64,000 nt of DNA from Candidatus Marsarchaeota archaeon (GCA_023485545.1 JAMCZI010000005.1:967-64966); one strand, 5' to 3'. Shown: positions 8,531 to 17,900, numbered from the stretch's first letter. The notes: generated by a model not told the origin, from the letters alone. Made by a program: numbers and translations.

Positions 8531-10051
8531 TTGGTTCTTTGCATGATAAGGCTCTCTGACGATTTTTCAATAAGCGAGCAGGACTTGCTCACTGGCAGAT
8601 GCTGCATAATAGGCCAGAGCGGCTCTGGCAAATCGTTCCTCGTAGGGGTCATCGCGGAGGAGCTCGCAAGGGAGCACCTGCCCTTCGTGGTGATAGATAC
8701 TGAAGGAGAATACAAATCCCTCAAGAGCCTGTTCGAGGTCATATGGGTGTCGGATGAGAGCGGAGCCGACGTAGGGATGGATGTTGATTTCTCCGCGCTG
8801 ATAGAGAAAAGCATGCTCGGCATACCGATCGTTTTCGATGTGTCTGGGCAACAGGACCAGGTCGGTAAAGTGTACTCCTTCCTCTCCGAACTTTACGCGG
8901 TGGAAGACAGGGTAAGGAAGCCGTACCTCGCAATAATAGAGGAAGCTGACAAGTTCGCCCCACAGGTAAAGCGCGGCGAGCTCAATATAATTGAGGAGAT
9001 AAGCGTCAGGGGGCGCAAGCGCGGCTTAGGCATATTGGTGGCGACCCAGAGGCCCGCAAACATAAGCAAGAATGTGCTTGCGCAGTGCTCGTACGGTTTC
9101 ATAGGCAAGCTCAGCATAGAGAATGATGTCAACGCAATAAGCATACTTTTCGAGGACAGGAACATGCTAAAGGAGCTTGTGACGCTCCATACCGGCGAAT
9201 TCATGCCTTTCGGCATAGATTCTCCACAGAAGATAAAGATAAGAAAAAGGGTGGTAGAGCACATAAGCTCCACTCCAGAGCTTGGCACGCTTCCCGGAGG
9301 AGACATACATGCTGCGATAGCGGAACTTAAGCACTCATCTGGCCAGGCACAGAAGCGTGATCTTAGCGCGCCTATCCCTAGGATACGAATCATACGCGAA
9401 AGATTCGACATGTCGTACGCGCAGGCGTACGCTTCGCATGCATCTAGGAAGATACTGCCTTTTACCGGCTTTATGGTCAATTCGGTCGAGCCTAGATACA
9501 TGCGCGTCTCATCGACGCTCGTCAGGCTGCCCACAAAGCGGAAGAACGTATACTCTGAAAAATACATCATTTCATTTGGCAGCTCACTCCTGCGGGAGAC
9601 GAAAAAGGGTATAGAGCTGTACGATGTGGGGAGCAAAAAATTTGACAAATCCGCCCTATCCATACTGGCGGAAGTCAATTCTGCAGGGTCCGTCAAGCTT
9701 GGCAAGCTTGAACAGGAATTCGGCCAGTCCTCATCAAAGAGCGTTGAGCGCCTGGCAGATGCCGGAAGGCTAGAGGTAAGGAAGGACAAAGTGACAAGAT
9801 TCCCATGGAAGAGGTTCATGCGGGAGGCCCAATATGAAACTGGAGAGTCTTCGCCTTCGCAAATCACTCCTATAAGGCCAAAGACAAAGATAAGCAGCAG
9901 AGAACTCATAAGATCAATAATACCTGAAGCTTCGATAGTACGGAGGGAAAGCGCTTACTTGAAAGTGTACGAAATCACTCTTAGGCGCGGAAGCACAGTC
10001 AAAGTACTCTTCATAGATTCGCTCACGGGCAAGGAGATAAGGCTTCAGTAG
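8531..10051 (+). CDS. HerA/FtsK-superfamily (DUF87-type) P-loop ATPase with uncharacterised ~250-aa C-terminal extension
   Basis: Walker A GQSGSGKSF, Walker B LAIIEEADKF, VATQRPANISKNVL motif. An ATG at 8543 is a possible alternative start. Confidence 0.7.
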   Translation: MVLCMIRLSDDFSISEQDLLTGRCCIIGQSGSGKSFLVGVIAEELAREHLPFVVIDTEGEYKSLKSLFEVIWVSDESGADVGMDVDFSALIEKSMLGIPIVFDVSGQQDQVGKVYSFLSELYAVEDRVRKPYLAIIEEADKFAPQVKRGELNIIEEISVRGRKRGLGILVATQRPANISKNVLAQCSYGFIGKLSIENDVNAISILFEDRNMLKELVTLHTGEFMPFGIDSPQKIKIRKRVVEHISSTPELGTLPGGDIHAAIAELKHSSGQAQKRDLSAPIPRIRIIRERFDMSYAQAYASHASRKILPFTGFMVNSVEPRYMRVSSTLVRLPTKRKNVYSEKYIISFGSSLLRETKKGIELYDVGSKKFDKSALSILAEVNSAGSVKLGKLEQEFGQSSSKSVERLADAGRLEVRKDKVTRFPWKRFMREAQYETGESSPSQITPIRPKTKISSRELIRSIIPEASIVRRESAYLKVYEITLRRGSTVKVLFIDSLTGKEIRLQ

Positions 10052-11250
10052 CCTATGCTATACTTCCCGTCAACGAGCTCGTTGGTCAGGTAGCCGAGGT
10101 TCTCAAGGGCCGAATCGGCGATGTCGAATATCTTATTCTTTATCGGGTCAGGGCTTGCGCCGCCCTCAAGCGCAACCTCTATGTTCAGGTGCTTGGGATC
10201 TGATATCTTCCTGCCTATCTGCGAAACTATGTAGACGTTGCACTCCTCTATCTGCGGATATATGTTCACTATGTCCTTTGCTATCTCGTTCGCCGCAACG
10301 CTATATATCTTCCCGACGTGGTTGACAGGGTTCTTTCCCGCAGCAGCTTCCAGCGTCATCCTCCTGAAAGGCGTGATGAGACCGTTGACCCTGTTGCCCC
10401 TCCCTACGGATCCGTCGTCTCCAGCCTCGCAGCTCAGCCCGCTCTTCGTGATGTAAACGTCGCCCCCTTTTTCGTCATCTCCTGTATTGACTTCTACGTT
10501 GACTTCAAGGCTCGTTATGCCCTTGGAGAGCTTAATCACAGATTCCTTTACCTTCTCCTTCGACTGTGCATAATCATCCATTGAAGCCAGAAGGTTTCCG
10601 ACCATCGCGGCAGAGATGGTAAGCGATATCACACCAGAATCTCTCACCCCCATCACCTTTATGTCTTCCCCCACCTCGGGTGCGGCTTTCTTGAACTCTG
10701 CACCGTTGAGGAATCTCTCCGCCTCAAGCACCAACCTTTCTGTCTCGCTGAACGGAGCAAAGCCTATTCCGAAAGATGTGTCATTTGCAAGTGGCACGTC
10801 AGCGCTCCTCTTGAATATGCCCCCAAGGTCGCTTGATCCCTTCATCACCTTGGGCGTGTACACAACTTCCTTGTCAACATCAAGGAAACGGGTGTTCTCC
10901 TTCAGGTAATTTCTTGCTGCGTCAACAGCTATCTCATCGACAGGGATGCTGAACCCCGGCCCGCTCCGCACAGCCCTTCCGGAAAGAATGACCTCAACGG
11001 GCTTGGTAATCCGGCATTTGCCAAAAGCAGTCTCCGATTCTCCCCCGACTATGAGCGCTTTGTCAACGTTGTGATGGAGTATCTCTCCTGCCTCCTCGAT
11101 GTACCTTTTGCTGAGCTCGACGCTAAATCTTTCGACTATGCCGTCAATGAGCGTGTCCGGATGGCCCTTGCCCTTCCTCTCCACATACTCGACAGGCTGC
11201 CTAGCCAACGGTGTATAATTGGACTTTGATACCTTTATGTTCCTCATCAA
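10045..11250 (-). CDS. mat: S-adenosylmethionine synthetase, archaeal type
   Basis: 401 aa; N-terminal VERKGKGHPDTLIDG signature and overall length typical of archaeal MAT. Confidence 0.85.
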   Translation of the reverse strand: MMRNIKVSKSNYTPLARQPVEYVERKGKGHPDTLIDGIVERFSVELSKRYIEEAGEILHHNVDKALIVGGESETAFGKCRITKPVEVILSGRAVRSGPGFSIPVDEIAVDAARNYLKENTRFLDVDKEVVYTPKVMKGSSDLGGIFKRSADVPLANDTSFGIGFAPFSETERLVLEAERFLNGAEFKKAAPEVGEDIKVMGVRDSGVISLTISAAMVGNLLASMDDYAQSKEKVKESVIKLSKGITSLEVNVEVNTGDDEKGGDVYITKSGLSCEAGDDGSVGRGNRVNGLITPFRRMTLEAAAGKNPVNHVGKIYSVAANEIAKDIVNIYPQIEECNVYIVSQIGRKISDPKHLNIEVALEGGASPDPIKNKIFDIADSALENLGYLTNELVDGKYSIGY

Positions 11251-11336
11251 TCCAACATCTGCAACTCAAACGCTTAAAAAGCAGAGTGGCGCAGAGTTGT
11301 AAGGCTTTACAAAAGTAACATTGCATTGCGCTGGCC

Positions 11337-13097
11337 TCAGGACTCCTTAGCGCGTGCCTTTATCCCAATTATTGTGTCGAGAAGGCGCTTCTCCTCGTCG
11401 TTCATTATTGAGGCATACTCTCCTTTAAGAAGCCGCTCGTCGGCGTCTGTCACCCGGGTGTACAGCGTCTGCCCCTCCCTGACCTGCCTTCCGAAGGTGG
11501 GCTCGTCCATCGATATTGCCACCGAATCTCCCTTCTTGGCGATGTCGAGCTGGGTCTTCTCGTTCTGTATGCCCTTAATCCTGCCTACAACTGCACCATC
11601 CTCAGTCATCATCACGTACCCCTGCTTTATCCTGCCTTCGAGCACCTCTATGCCGAAGATCGCAGGATGCGACATGCGGAAGCACGAATTGGGCAGCACG
11701 CTTATGCATCCTGGGAAAATAAGCCTCTTCTCAACGTCTGCGAGGCTTTCCTTCTTCTGCTTCTGCACCATATCCTTGTACTCGTCAACTATGCCGTATA
11801 TTATGTTGTTCTTTATGATTTTGATGCCGCTGGTGTCTGCGAACACCTCCGCATCCTGCTCTATTCCGACGTTGAATGCCAGCACCACTGCGGAAAGCCT
11901 GTCTACTGAGTTCATCCCGAAAGCGTCAAGTATATCCCTCCTGTTCACGTTGCCAAGTCCCTTCTTGCTCACCTTGAAGCCCTCCGCAGCAAGGAGCCTA
12001 GATATTGCTTCTATGCTGCCTATCGTGTCTGCCTTGAGCACCACGCCTGTCTTGTCAGTCTTGAATACCTCGCTAATCTCAGCGCTTATCTCCTTGGTGT
12101 AGTCGTTGCCCCCAACCACCTGTATCACTGGCGAGCCCGGAAGCGCATCCTCCAGTGCTGTCGCGCTTATCTTGACTCCTGACGCTGCGTCCACCCTGTC
12201 CACGTAGTAGAACTTGCTTGTAGACTCACGTATCTCGTGCAGGGGCTTGGGCTTCAGCATGGCCCTTATCTTCGTTGTGCCTATCCCGTCAGGAGTGGCG
12301 AAGGCTATCGTGTCGTTCACGCCGAGCGAACCGTCGTAGAGTATCACATCTATTGTGGTGCCAAGCCCCTTGACCTCCTTCTTCTCCAGTATGCTGCCTT
12401 TTCCTGGCCCACCAACCTCTATTTTGAGCTTTGCTTCCATATACTTCTGCGAAAGCCCTGCTACTAGCATTAAGAGCTCGGCTATGCCCTCGCCGCTCTT
12501 CGCGCTGATTGGCACTATGGCCAGCTCCTTGGTGAAATCTGCTATCCTGTCATATCTCTCGCTTGAGAACTCGTACTCGCTCAGCTTTCCTATTATGTAA
12601 AATATCCTGTCCTCAAGCTTAGCCAGCACCTGGCTATTCTGTTTCTTGAGCGCCTCCCCAATGCTCTTCGAGCCTGAAGCTATCCATCCAGTTATGAGGT
12701 CTACCTTGTTTGCAGCTATTATGAACGGGGTTTTGTACTGCTTGAGTATCTCTATGGCCTCTACTGTCTGTGGCTCGAACCCCTTTGTTATGTCGACGAC
12801 CAGTATGGCAAGATCGGCCACGCTGCCACCTCTTTGCCTAAGGTTGGTAAAAGCTTCGTGGCCAGGGGTGTCGATGAAGAGAAGCCCAGGTATCATCATT
12901 TTTGTCCCGCTGCTCTTCAGGAGTGGGCCGCATATCTCATTTACCACGTCTATCGGGACCTCGCTTGCGCCTATATGCTGCGTTATGCCGCCTACTTCCT
13001 TGGCTGCTATGGCGCTGTTGCGTATCCTGTCCAGTAGCGTAGTCTTGCCGTGGTCCACATGACCCATCACGCATATTATGGGCTGCCGTATCATCAA
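11337..13097 (-). CDS. infB: Translation initiation factor aIF5B (IF2 family GTPase)
   Basis: 586 aa. G-domain motifs GHVDHGKTTLLD, DTPGHEAF and NKVD; C-terminal beta-barrel domains. Confidence 0.9.
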   Translation of the reverse strand: MMIRQPIICVMGHVDHGKTTLLDRIRNSAIAAKEVGGITQHIGASEVPIDVVNEICGPLLKSSGTKMMIPGLLFIDTPGHEAFTNLRQRGGSVADLAILVVDITKGFEPQTVEAIEILKQYKTPFIIAANKVDLITGWIASGSKSIGEALKKQNSQVLAKLEDRIFYIIGKLSEYEFSSERYDRIADFTKELAIVPISAKSGEGIAELLMLVAGLSQKYMEAKLKIEVGGPGKGSILEKKEVKGLGTTIDVILYDGSLGVNDTIAFATPDGIGTTKIRAMLKPKPLHEIRESTSKFYYVDRVDAASGVKISATALEDALPGSPVIQVVGGNDYTKEISAEISEVFKTDKTGVVLKADTIGSIEAISRLLAAEGFKVSKKGLGNVNRRDILDAFGMNSVDRLSAVVLAFNVGIEQDAEVFADTSGIKIIKNNIIYGIVDEYKDMVQKQKKESLADVEKRLIFPGCISVLPNSCFRMSHPAIFGIEVLEGRIKQGYVMMTEDGAVVGRIKGIQNEKTQLDIAKKGDSVAISMDEPTFGRQVREGQTLYTRVTDADERLLKGEYASIMNDEEKRLLDTIIGIKARAKES

Positions 13098-13199
13098 CTC
13101 ACCTAGAATCAGTCACTCGCATATGCATTCTACTTTCACAATTTTATAACTTCCGTTGCATTAGATATAAAGCATATAAGTAATCGAAATGGTAATTGT

Positions 13200-13766
13200 A
13201 TGATGGAAAGAACACTCGTGCTGATAAAGCCTGATGGGGTATACCGCTCGCTTATAGGAAAGATAATATCCACAATGGAGGACGCTGGTCTCAAAGTTGT
13301 CGGAATGAAGATGGTGCGGCCAGACAAGAAACTGGCTGAGCAGCACTACATCCCTGACGAGAACTGGATGCGTGAGATCGGGGATAAGACCAAGGCGACA
13401 TATAAGGACCAGGGAGTCTCTAACAACGAGGAGCCTGTGGAGATAGGCAGAAGAGTCTGGATGCAGCTCATTGACTACCTAATGAGCGGGCCTGTGGCTG
13501 TGATGGTTGTGGAGGGCAACGACGCGATATTCGTAGTAAGAAAACTTGTGGGTGCAACAGAACCAAGAAAGGCAGATCCGGGCTCGATAAGGGGCAGGCT
13601 CTCAAGCGATTCCTACGCCCTTGCCGATGGGAAGCACCGCGCAGTAAAGAACCTGATACATGCATCGGACGCCCCTGAAACAGCGAAGCGTGAAATATCC
13701 GTCTGGTTCAAGCCGGAGGAACTTATAAAATACTCCAGGTCAGACGAGTCCGCGCAGTACGACTAG
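13200..13766 (+). CDS. ndk: Nucleoside diphosphate kinase (long form with internal insertion)
   Basis: ERTLVLIKPDG, catalytic-His context NLIHASD. An insertion of about 40 aa is present relative to short NDKs. Confidence 0.85.
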   Translation: MMERTLVLIKPDGVYRSLIGKIISTMEDAGLKVVGMKMVRPDKKLAEQHYIPDENWMREIGDKTKATYKDQGVSNNEEPVEIGRRVWMQLIDYLMSGPVAVMVVEGNDAIFVVRKLVGATEPRKADPGSIRGRLSSDSYALADGKHRAVKNLIHASDAPETAKREISVWFKPEELIKYSRSDESAQYD

Positions 13767-14563
13767 ATCGGGACCAGATAATACAGTATCACTAAAAACA
13801 GTGCCACAGCCAGTATAAGCGACAGGAAAGACATCGCGTAGCCCACTCCCTGCTGCTTCGACTCCGTAAACACCGCTAAAGAAATGCTCCATGCAACCCC
13901 AAGTAAAGCCAGCACTCCTCCTACTAGCGCGGAGACATGCGTGCCCAGACCGAAAAGAGGCAATACCGATTCTATTACGCTGATGTATACCCATGGCAGA
14001 TATCCGAATATAATCGCTGCAAATGAGTTGCTATATTCTCCAGAGAATCCCAGGAACATCTTGCCTACCCAGTTGCACAGCTCGGCTACAGCTATCAGTA
14101 TTAACGGCACTATTATGAAATGCTCTAGTAAGAACAGAAATACTGTGCCAGCAAGACCCGAAGTAAGAGCTTTTGGCATTATGCCTATAATGAACGAAGA
14201 AGGCATCATGTAAGATCTGAAGTACGCTGAATTCCCGTAGAAGATAAAAACGGGTATCATAAGAAGCGTAATAACTGCCATCACGCTTATGTAGAAGCCG
14301 CCAAGTCTTCCGGAGTCTATGTCACTGTCAATAAGATCTGACTTGAAAGCTATTACCTTGAATGATTCGAGGAAATCTCCTATGACGTGCACGCCCTCAA
14401 GTTTCTTCCCCATTTTTCTCCTAGCCTTCTCCCTCTCAGGATCCAGGCCGAGATATCTCTCCTCGTTCTCGAGATAAGTCTCTACATCTGGCCTCCTATT
14501 TCCTGCTTTGCCTTGGGATTCCTGGCTCGAAGGGCCATTGTTGACAGCCCAATCAGTATCCAT
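13763..14563 (-). CDS. Multi-pass membrane protein, possibly Yip1-domain family
   Basis: 266 aa. Charged N-terminal ~70 aa followed by about five hydrophobic helices. Its stop shares the CTAG tetranucleotide with the ndk stop. Family assignment is tentative. Confidence 0.45.
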   Translation of the reverse strand: MDTDWAVNNGPSSQESQGKAGNRRPDVETYLENEERYLGLDPEREKARRKMGKKLEGVHVIGDFLESFKVIAFKSDLIDSDIDSGRLGGFYISVMAVITLLMIPVFIFYGNSAYFRSYMMPSSFIIGIMPKALTSGLAGTVFLFLLEHFIIVPLILIAVAELCNWVGKMFLGFSGEYSNSFAAIIFGYLPWVYISVIESVLPLFGLGTHVSALVGGVLALLGVAWSISLAVFTESKQQGVGYAMSFLSLILAVALFLVILYYLVPI

Positions 14564-14660
14564 AGATGCATATCAACTCGACTGATTAAAATCTTTCGCT
14601 TCGCTTTCAACTCCAATAATCCTCCCCAAAAACTGTGGTTTTAACCATTTTACACAAATA

Positions 14661-14694
14661 TTTAAATATGTATTTAACTAAATATATATTTATT
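14661..14694 (+). promoter_or_regulatory. A/T-rich promoter region with TATA-like boxes upstream of the T4SS-like operon
   Basis: TTTAAATA at 14661..14668 and AAATATATATTTATT at 14680..14694. An AGGTG Shine-Dalgarno-like element at 14703..14707 lies 7 nt before ATG 14715. Confidence 0.4.
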
Positions 14695-14714
14695 TGAGTA
14701 TAAGGTGTATTACG

Positions 14715-15059
14715 ATGCAGAATAAACAAATCCGAAGTGCATTCTATCCCGTCCTTACGGCAGCTCTTTTCGCTGCAGTCCCTTTCAGCACAACAATTCT
14801 CACTGTGCTCTCAGAATTGCAGTACATACGTGGCGTTTTATACCAAGTGGGCCCTGCACTGAGTGCAGTCTTATTCATTATAGCCGGAATATTCTATGCA
14901 GTAGGGCAGATGTTACCGCCTGACAAGCGAGCCAATTTTCACACGACCGCCATAAACATAATAATAGGTGCGATAATAGTCGCGGTGCTGAGTTTCACTA
15001 GCACCTCTTTGGCAATAGCATCAACACACCTTCTTTCGAACTTTACAAATTCCTCTTGA
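14715..15059 (+). CDS. Small membrane protein with VirB2/TrbC/CedA1-like pilin architecture (candidate)
   Basis: Track ORF 14694..15059; ATG 14715 preferred because it is preceded by AGGTG. Layout: basic n-region MQNKQIRS, hydrophobic signal-like AFYPVLTAALFAAVPF, helix LSELQYIRGVLYQVGPALSAVLFIIAGIFYAVGQML, basic loop PPDKRANFH, then second hydrophobic helix TAINIIIGAIIVAVLSF. Confidence 0.5.
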   Translation: MQNKQIRSAFYPVLTAALFAAVPFSTTILTVLSELQYIRGVLYQVGPALSAVLFIIAGIFYAVGQMLPPDKRANFHTTAINIIIGAIIVAVLSFTSTSLAIASTHLLSNFTNSS

Positions 15060-15068
15060 GTTGAATAC

Positions 15069-16109
15069 GTGATAATACAAGCTTTCGGTGGGTATGCGAC
15101 TGCGTTGACGCTAGTATCACTGATGATAGGAGTATTCGGGATAGTCCTTGGTGTAGGCTATGCAATGGGCAATAAAAAGATTAAAGATTTCGGTTTTGAC
15201 GAACTGGTGCAAGCTTTCATAAGCGCAGCAATAATAGCTACTCTTTATGCTGCATTCAGCTATAACGGCATAATTAGCACCGCAATAGCACAGGTTTTTT
15301 ACAGCGCTAATGCAACTTCTACATGTTATGGATTCTTATCATCCAACCCTGCTATGTGTTTTGCCTATGCGTATACTACCGGGCTTGCACCGATATCGAT
15401 AAATGGGAAATCTTATCCGTCCCTAATGGATAGCGCAGTAACACTTCTTGCCCCCGTTTCAGTATTGTATGGCGTACTGTCAGTATTGGGTTCTATAAAA
15501 TTAAGCGGAATCTTCATAAGCGTTGGGTTCGCAAGTTTCGTGCAGCCCCTTCTTAGTCAAATAAATTACATAATAAGTAGCCTGACGTTCTCAATAATTA
15601 GCCTTGAAATACAGGGCGTAATAATAAAATTTGCTTCTATCGTTGCAGTACCAATACTTCTTCCTGCTGGAATCGTATTACGCGCCCTATATTTTACTAA
15701 AAGGCTCGGAGGGATGTTGATAGCGGTGGCTATAGGCTTTTACGCAGTTTTTCCGCTTACGTATCTTTTGGGGGCGCAGCTGATATCAGCATACGCTTCA
15801 AACCCTGGCGCACTTTCGGAATCAGTATCATCATACTCCGGAGGTGTAATAACCACTTTGCAGTCCACAACGCAACCGACTTTAACCTCTGGGAATTTCA
15901 GTATACTAAGCAGTCTCTATTCAGTTGTGAAAACCGCGATAGCCCCACTTGAAGCGATAGTCGAAGAGTTGATATCCACGATATCGCTGCTTATAACTGA
16001 GGTATTTTTTGTGCCTCTTTTGAGCTTGATGATAACAATAACATCAACGCGTGAGCTTGCAAGGATCTTAGGGTCTGAGATATCATTTGGTAAATTCGAT
16101 ATATTTTAA
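15069..16109 (+). CDS. Polytopic membrane protein (about 7-8 TM), VirB6/TrbL/CedA-like candidate
   Basis: 346 aa with a GTG start 10 nt after the previous stop. Hydrophobic helices run throughout and there is no soluble domain larger than about 40 aa. Confidence 0.45.
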   Translation: MIIQAFGGYATALTLVSLMIGVFGIVLGVGYAMGNKKIKDFGFDELVQAFISAAIIATLYAAFSYNGIISTAIAQVFYSANATSTCYGFLSSNPAMCFAYAYTTGLAPISINGKSYPSLMDSAVTLLAPVSVLYGVLSVLGSIKLSGIFISVGFASFVQPLLSQINYIISSLTFSIISLEIQGVIIKFASIVAVPILLPAGIVLRALYFTKRLGGMLIAVAIGFYAVFPLTYLLGAQLISAYASNPGALSESVSSYSGGVITTLQSTTQPTLTSGNFSILSSLYSVVKTAIAPLEAIVEELISTISLLITEVFFVPLLSLMITITSTRELARILGSEISFGKFDIF

Positions 16110-16125
16110 ACTTGGGCGAAATAGC

Positions 16126-16764
16126 ATGTTTGTGGACATTAGGTGGTATGAAAACATTAAAAAAGCATTTCAAAAATTCATGAAATTCCCCTTTGCTGAT
16201 CCGGATGGCATCAAGCCCGCACAGCAGTGGGAAATTTATGTTTCGAAGTCAGGGCTGTCTGCATATACATTTCACAAAGGAACATATCATGCTGCGGCAG
16301 GGCTGGAATTGGAAAACCCCTCTGGAGCCCCGATAGACGTGGTTGAGAATATGGTGTGCAAGTTAAATATGCCTATTAGGGTGCTAATGGACATAAAACC
16401 CGTAGGGATCAAGCGGATAATCGATGAATTAAAGTTTAAGGCTGCAAAGAAGGAAAATCAAATTAGACAACTGAACCCAAAAAAGCCATCAGGCAAAATA
16501 AAATTAAAAACTTTGGAGGTGCAAACAAAAAAGCTGCGAGAATTTGTGGAAACGATAGAAAATGGACGTATCCCATTCAAGGCATCCTTCATTATAATTT
16601 CGTCTGCAGCTTCACGAAACATCTATCAGGCCGAGGGTGACGCCCGTTCACAACTTGAGTATGCAAAATCAGGATTTGAAACGGTATATAAGTGCAGGTC
16701 AAGATTACTCTCTGGCATAGAAGTAAGAAATGTGCTATGCGGGGCCGAGAACGATGTTTACTAG
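16126..16764 (+). CDS. Soluble basic protein; candidate detached N-terminal domain of a VirB4-like ATPase
   Basis: Track ORF 16087..16764 (TTG start). ATG 16126 avoids overlap with the upstream gene. No P-loop. It sits immediately upstream of, and overlaps, the ATPase-domain gene. Confidence 0.35.
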   Translation: MFVDIRWYENIKKAFQKFMKFPFADPDGIKPAQQWEIYVSKSGLSAYTFHKGTYHAAAGLELENPSGAPIDVVENMVCKLNMPIRVLMDIKPVGIKRIIDELKFKAAKKENQIRQLNPKKPSGKIKLKTLEVQTKKLREFVETIENGRIPFKASFIIISSAASRNIYQAEGDARSQLEYAKSGFETVYKCRSRLLSGIEVRNVLCGAENDVY

Positions 16765-17875
16765 AAAAGAGATGGGCTTGAGCAATTCCAACATAATAGC
16801 TGGATTTATGCCCATTTTTCAGCCTAACGAAGATGCTGGCAGCATATCGAAAAGCGTTGGTGTACCAATAGGATTTAGCGAGAGATACTCGTCATTATTT
16901 CGGCTTGATCTAAATGCACCAGAAAATCCACATGTATCTATAATAGGGATGACCGGATCAGGGAAGACGCATTTAATTAAGACAATTATTTCAGGGACCG
17001 CATTGCTTAGTGAAGAAGTGCAGATAATAATTGACTGGAATGGCGAATATGTGGAATTATCCTTGGAATTAGGCGGTCTAGTTATAGATTTCGCTTTAAC
17101 AGACAGGTTAAAGCGTACTATGATAGAGAACCCGTCGTATAAAATTACCTGCTTTAATCTCTCTAATCTGGACGAGTCAAACCGCAGAAAAATTGCTAGT
17201 GAAATATTAAAGCAAACCCTTATTTACTCAAAATCCAAGGGCTTTAGCAAAAAAGTTGAAACTTTAATATTTGTAGACGAAGCTTGGAAGCTGCTAGACA
17301 GCGAAAGCATTACTGCTATTTTCCGTGAAGCACGCAAATATGGTCTTTCTATAATTGCAGCAAGTCAAATGTTAAGGGATATATCAAATGAAATTGTGGC
17401 TAATTCTGCGACACTTTTTGTTTTTCGGCTTCAGAATCCTGTAGATTTCGATGCGCTCAAATCCCTCAACATATTCGAGAAAATCGGAATCGATAGGATA
17501 AAAGATTTTGGCGTTGGTGAATGCGCGGTTTTAGCTTCGCCGCGTTCTGGTCTAAAGTGCGAAGTTGTGCTGAAAGTGCTTGATCTTACTAATCTAAAAA
17601 CGTATTATATACACGCATCAGGGGTGGATAAATTGGTCAGCGAAAAAAGTATAAAGAGAATTTCTGGCAGGCTTGGAATAAGCGAGAGTATGGTGTCCGA
17701 AGCAATTGCCATGTCCGTAAAAGGACGGCGCATAGATGCAGCAAAAATGTCAGCTTCGCTGTTGAAATCGGGAGTGGAATTAGCAGGTGTAATTACGCTT
17801 ATGCGACTTATTGGCGTTAGGGATATTGATATGTCCAAAATAATCTCAGGACTTTACAATTATAGTAACCGGTGA
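16754..17875 (+). CDS. P-loop ATPase of the VirB4/TrbE/TraC (HerA-FtsK superfamily) type
   Basis: Track ORF 16730..17875; ATGs at 16754 and 16772 are alternative starts. Walker A IIGMTGSGKTH, Walker B LIFVDEAWKLL (the DEAW form typical of VirB4-like ATPases), then REARKYGLSIIAASQMLRDI. Confidence 0.7.
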   Translation: MFTRKEMGLSNSNIIAGFMPIFQPNEDAGSISKSVGVPIGFSERYSSLFRLDLNAPENPHVSIIGMTGSGKTHLIKTIISGTALLSEEVQIIIDWNGEYVELSLELGGLVIDFALTDRLKRTMIENPSYKITCFNLSNLDESNRRKIASEILKQTLIYSKSKGFSKKVETLIFVDEAWKLLDSESITAIFREARKYGLSIIAASQMLRDISNEIVANSATLFVFRLQNPVDFDALKSLNIFEKIGIDRIKDFGVGECAVLASPRSGLKCEVVLKVLDLTNLKTYYIHASGVDKLVSEKSIKRISGRLGISESMVSEAIAMSVKGRRIDAAKMSASLLKSGVELAGVITLMRLIGVRDIDMSKIISGLYNYSNR

Positions 17876-17900
17876 TTCAATTAATGGCAGGGCAATCCTT

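Noticed and set aside
11326-12102. 258-aa plus-strand ORF inside infB
   Set aside because: It is antisense to the well-supported aIF5B gene, and its Ser/Leu/Pro/Ile-rich composition is typical of a shadow ORF. The same reasoning applies to 8893..9909(-), 35131..35673(-), 46026..46790(-), 43652..44209(+), 57321..57833(-), 58437..58922(-) and 61839..62441(-).
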